DNA from: Marine Group II euryarchaeote MED-G35
GTDB taxonomy: Archaea > Thermoplasmatota > Poseidoniia > Poseidoniales > Thalassarchaeaceae
NCBI GenBank assembly: GCA_002457155.1
Contig: NTJS01000003.1
Coordinates: forward strand, 1,201 to 65,200
Length of the DNA: 64,000 nucleotides
Direction of reading: 5' to 3'
Part shown: positions 63,580 to 64,000 of the stretch, in pieces
Numbering within the stretch: the first letter of the stretch is position 1
Layout: every line of letters starts with the position of its first letter
Translations under genes and position numbers: made by a program
Notes under the pieces: model-generated
Told to the model about the DNA's origin: nothing
What the model saw: the letters and a program-made list of their open reading frames with translations, nothing else
The model's database searches: none

Positions 63580-64000
63580 ATGACAGACGCAATCTCAGAG
63601 TTGACCCGTGCAGCAGCAGGGCTGAGGGACGATGCCGAAGAATTGGCCCGCAGAATGGAAGCCGCGGGTGTCGCGGATTGTGTTTACAACCCTCTGATGT
63701 ATGCATGGGAGATCCATGAGGAATTCATTCGTGTATCGGGTGGTGGTGGGGCCAAGACCGTCCTCCTAGGGATGAACCCAGGCCCCCATGGGATGGGTCA
63801 GATGGGCATCCCCTTCGCCGCAACTTCCGTTGTTAGGGACCTGCTGGGAATTTCCGGAATCGCTGTTGGTAAACCGGTCCTCAGCCATCCAAAAAGACCA
63901 GTGCACGGACTCACTCACCCAAAGGAGGAAGTATCCGGAACAAGGCTTTGGGGCCTTCTTCAGGATAGATACGGAGGTGCAAGTCAGATCTTCCAGAACG
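63580..64000 (+). CDS. SMUG1-like (family 3) uracil-DNA glycosylase, 3'-truncated by the window edge
   Basis: My own translation from the ATG at 63580 gives MTDAISELTRAAAGL...VYNPLMYAWEIHEEF...LLGMNPGPHGMGQMGIPF, which matches the SMUG1 active-site motif GMNPGPxGMxQTGxPF. The frame is open to the window end. Confidence 0.75.
   Translation, partial: MTDAISELTRAAAGLRDDAEELARRMEAAGVADCVYNPLMYAWEIHEEFIRVSGGGGAKTVLLGMNPGPHGMGQMGIPFAATSVVRDLLGISGIAVGKPVLSHPKRPVHGLTHPKEEVSGTRLWGLLQDRYGGASQIFQN

Noticed and set aside
1-64000. Looked for CRISPR arrays, transposases/integrases, toxin-antitoxin pairs, restriction-modification or other defence-island signatures, and rRNA genes.
   Set aside because: I saw no regularly spaced direct repeats, no recombinase or nuclease-helicase defence motifs, and no rRNA-like sequence. 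The window is dominated by housekeeping genes, so the novelty candidates are individual divergent proteins and fusions rather than a recognisable defence or mobile system.

Overview
This window looks like a gene-dense stretch of an archaeal chromosome, with roughly 60 CDS on both strands, 3 tRNAs and very short intergenic spacers. I saw no rRNA, CRISPR array, transposase or integrase. The archaeal assignment rests on direct reading of the translations. These include Orc1/Cdc6, PCNA, RFC small subunit, an RPA plus RPA-associated protein pair, TFS, the Nop5-fibrillarin pair, Pelota and GatD. They also include a complete A-type ATP synthase operon in the canonical order atpHIKECFABD and an intron-containing tRNA. 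Several bacterial-type genes sit among this core: Fpg, SMUG1-like UDG, RNase PH, CspA, SlyD and a PI-PLC-like lipoprotein. By inference only, that mix fits a marine planktonic euryarchaeon of the Poseidoniales/MGII kind. No taxonomy could be computed. The most interesting items are: (1) a probable oriC next to orc1/cdc6; (2) a three-gene module of a catalytic LigB-type extradiol dioxygenase, a paralog lacking two His motifs, and a RidA-family protein, which recalls bacterial 2-aminophenol dioxygenase plus deaminase; (3) several full-length homologs that have lost catalytic motifs (M50 site-2-protease-like, HemC-like, PfkB-like); (4) unusual fusions, namely an APC permease with an EF-hand pair and a TIM-barrel AP-endonuclease-like protein with an AKKAP-repeat basic tail; (5) a very divergent TBP-fold protein in a small operon; (6) a 1236-aa polytopic membrane protein; (7) a tRNA-Met(CAU) with a 74-nt intron. 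All function calls come from reading motifs by eye. No database search was run.
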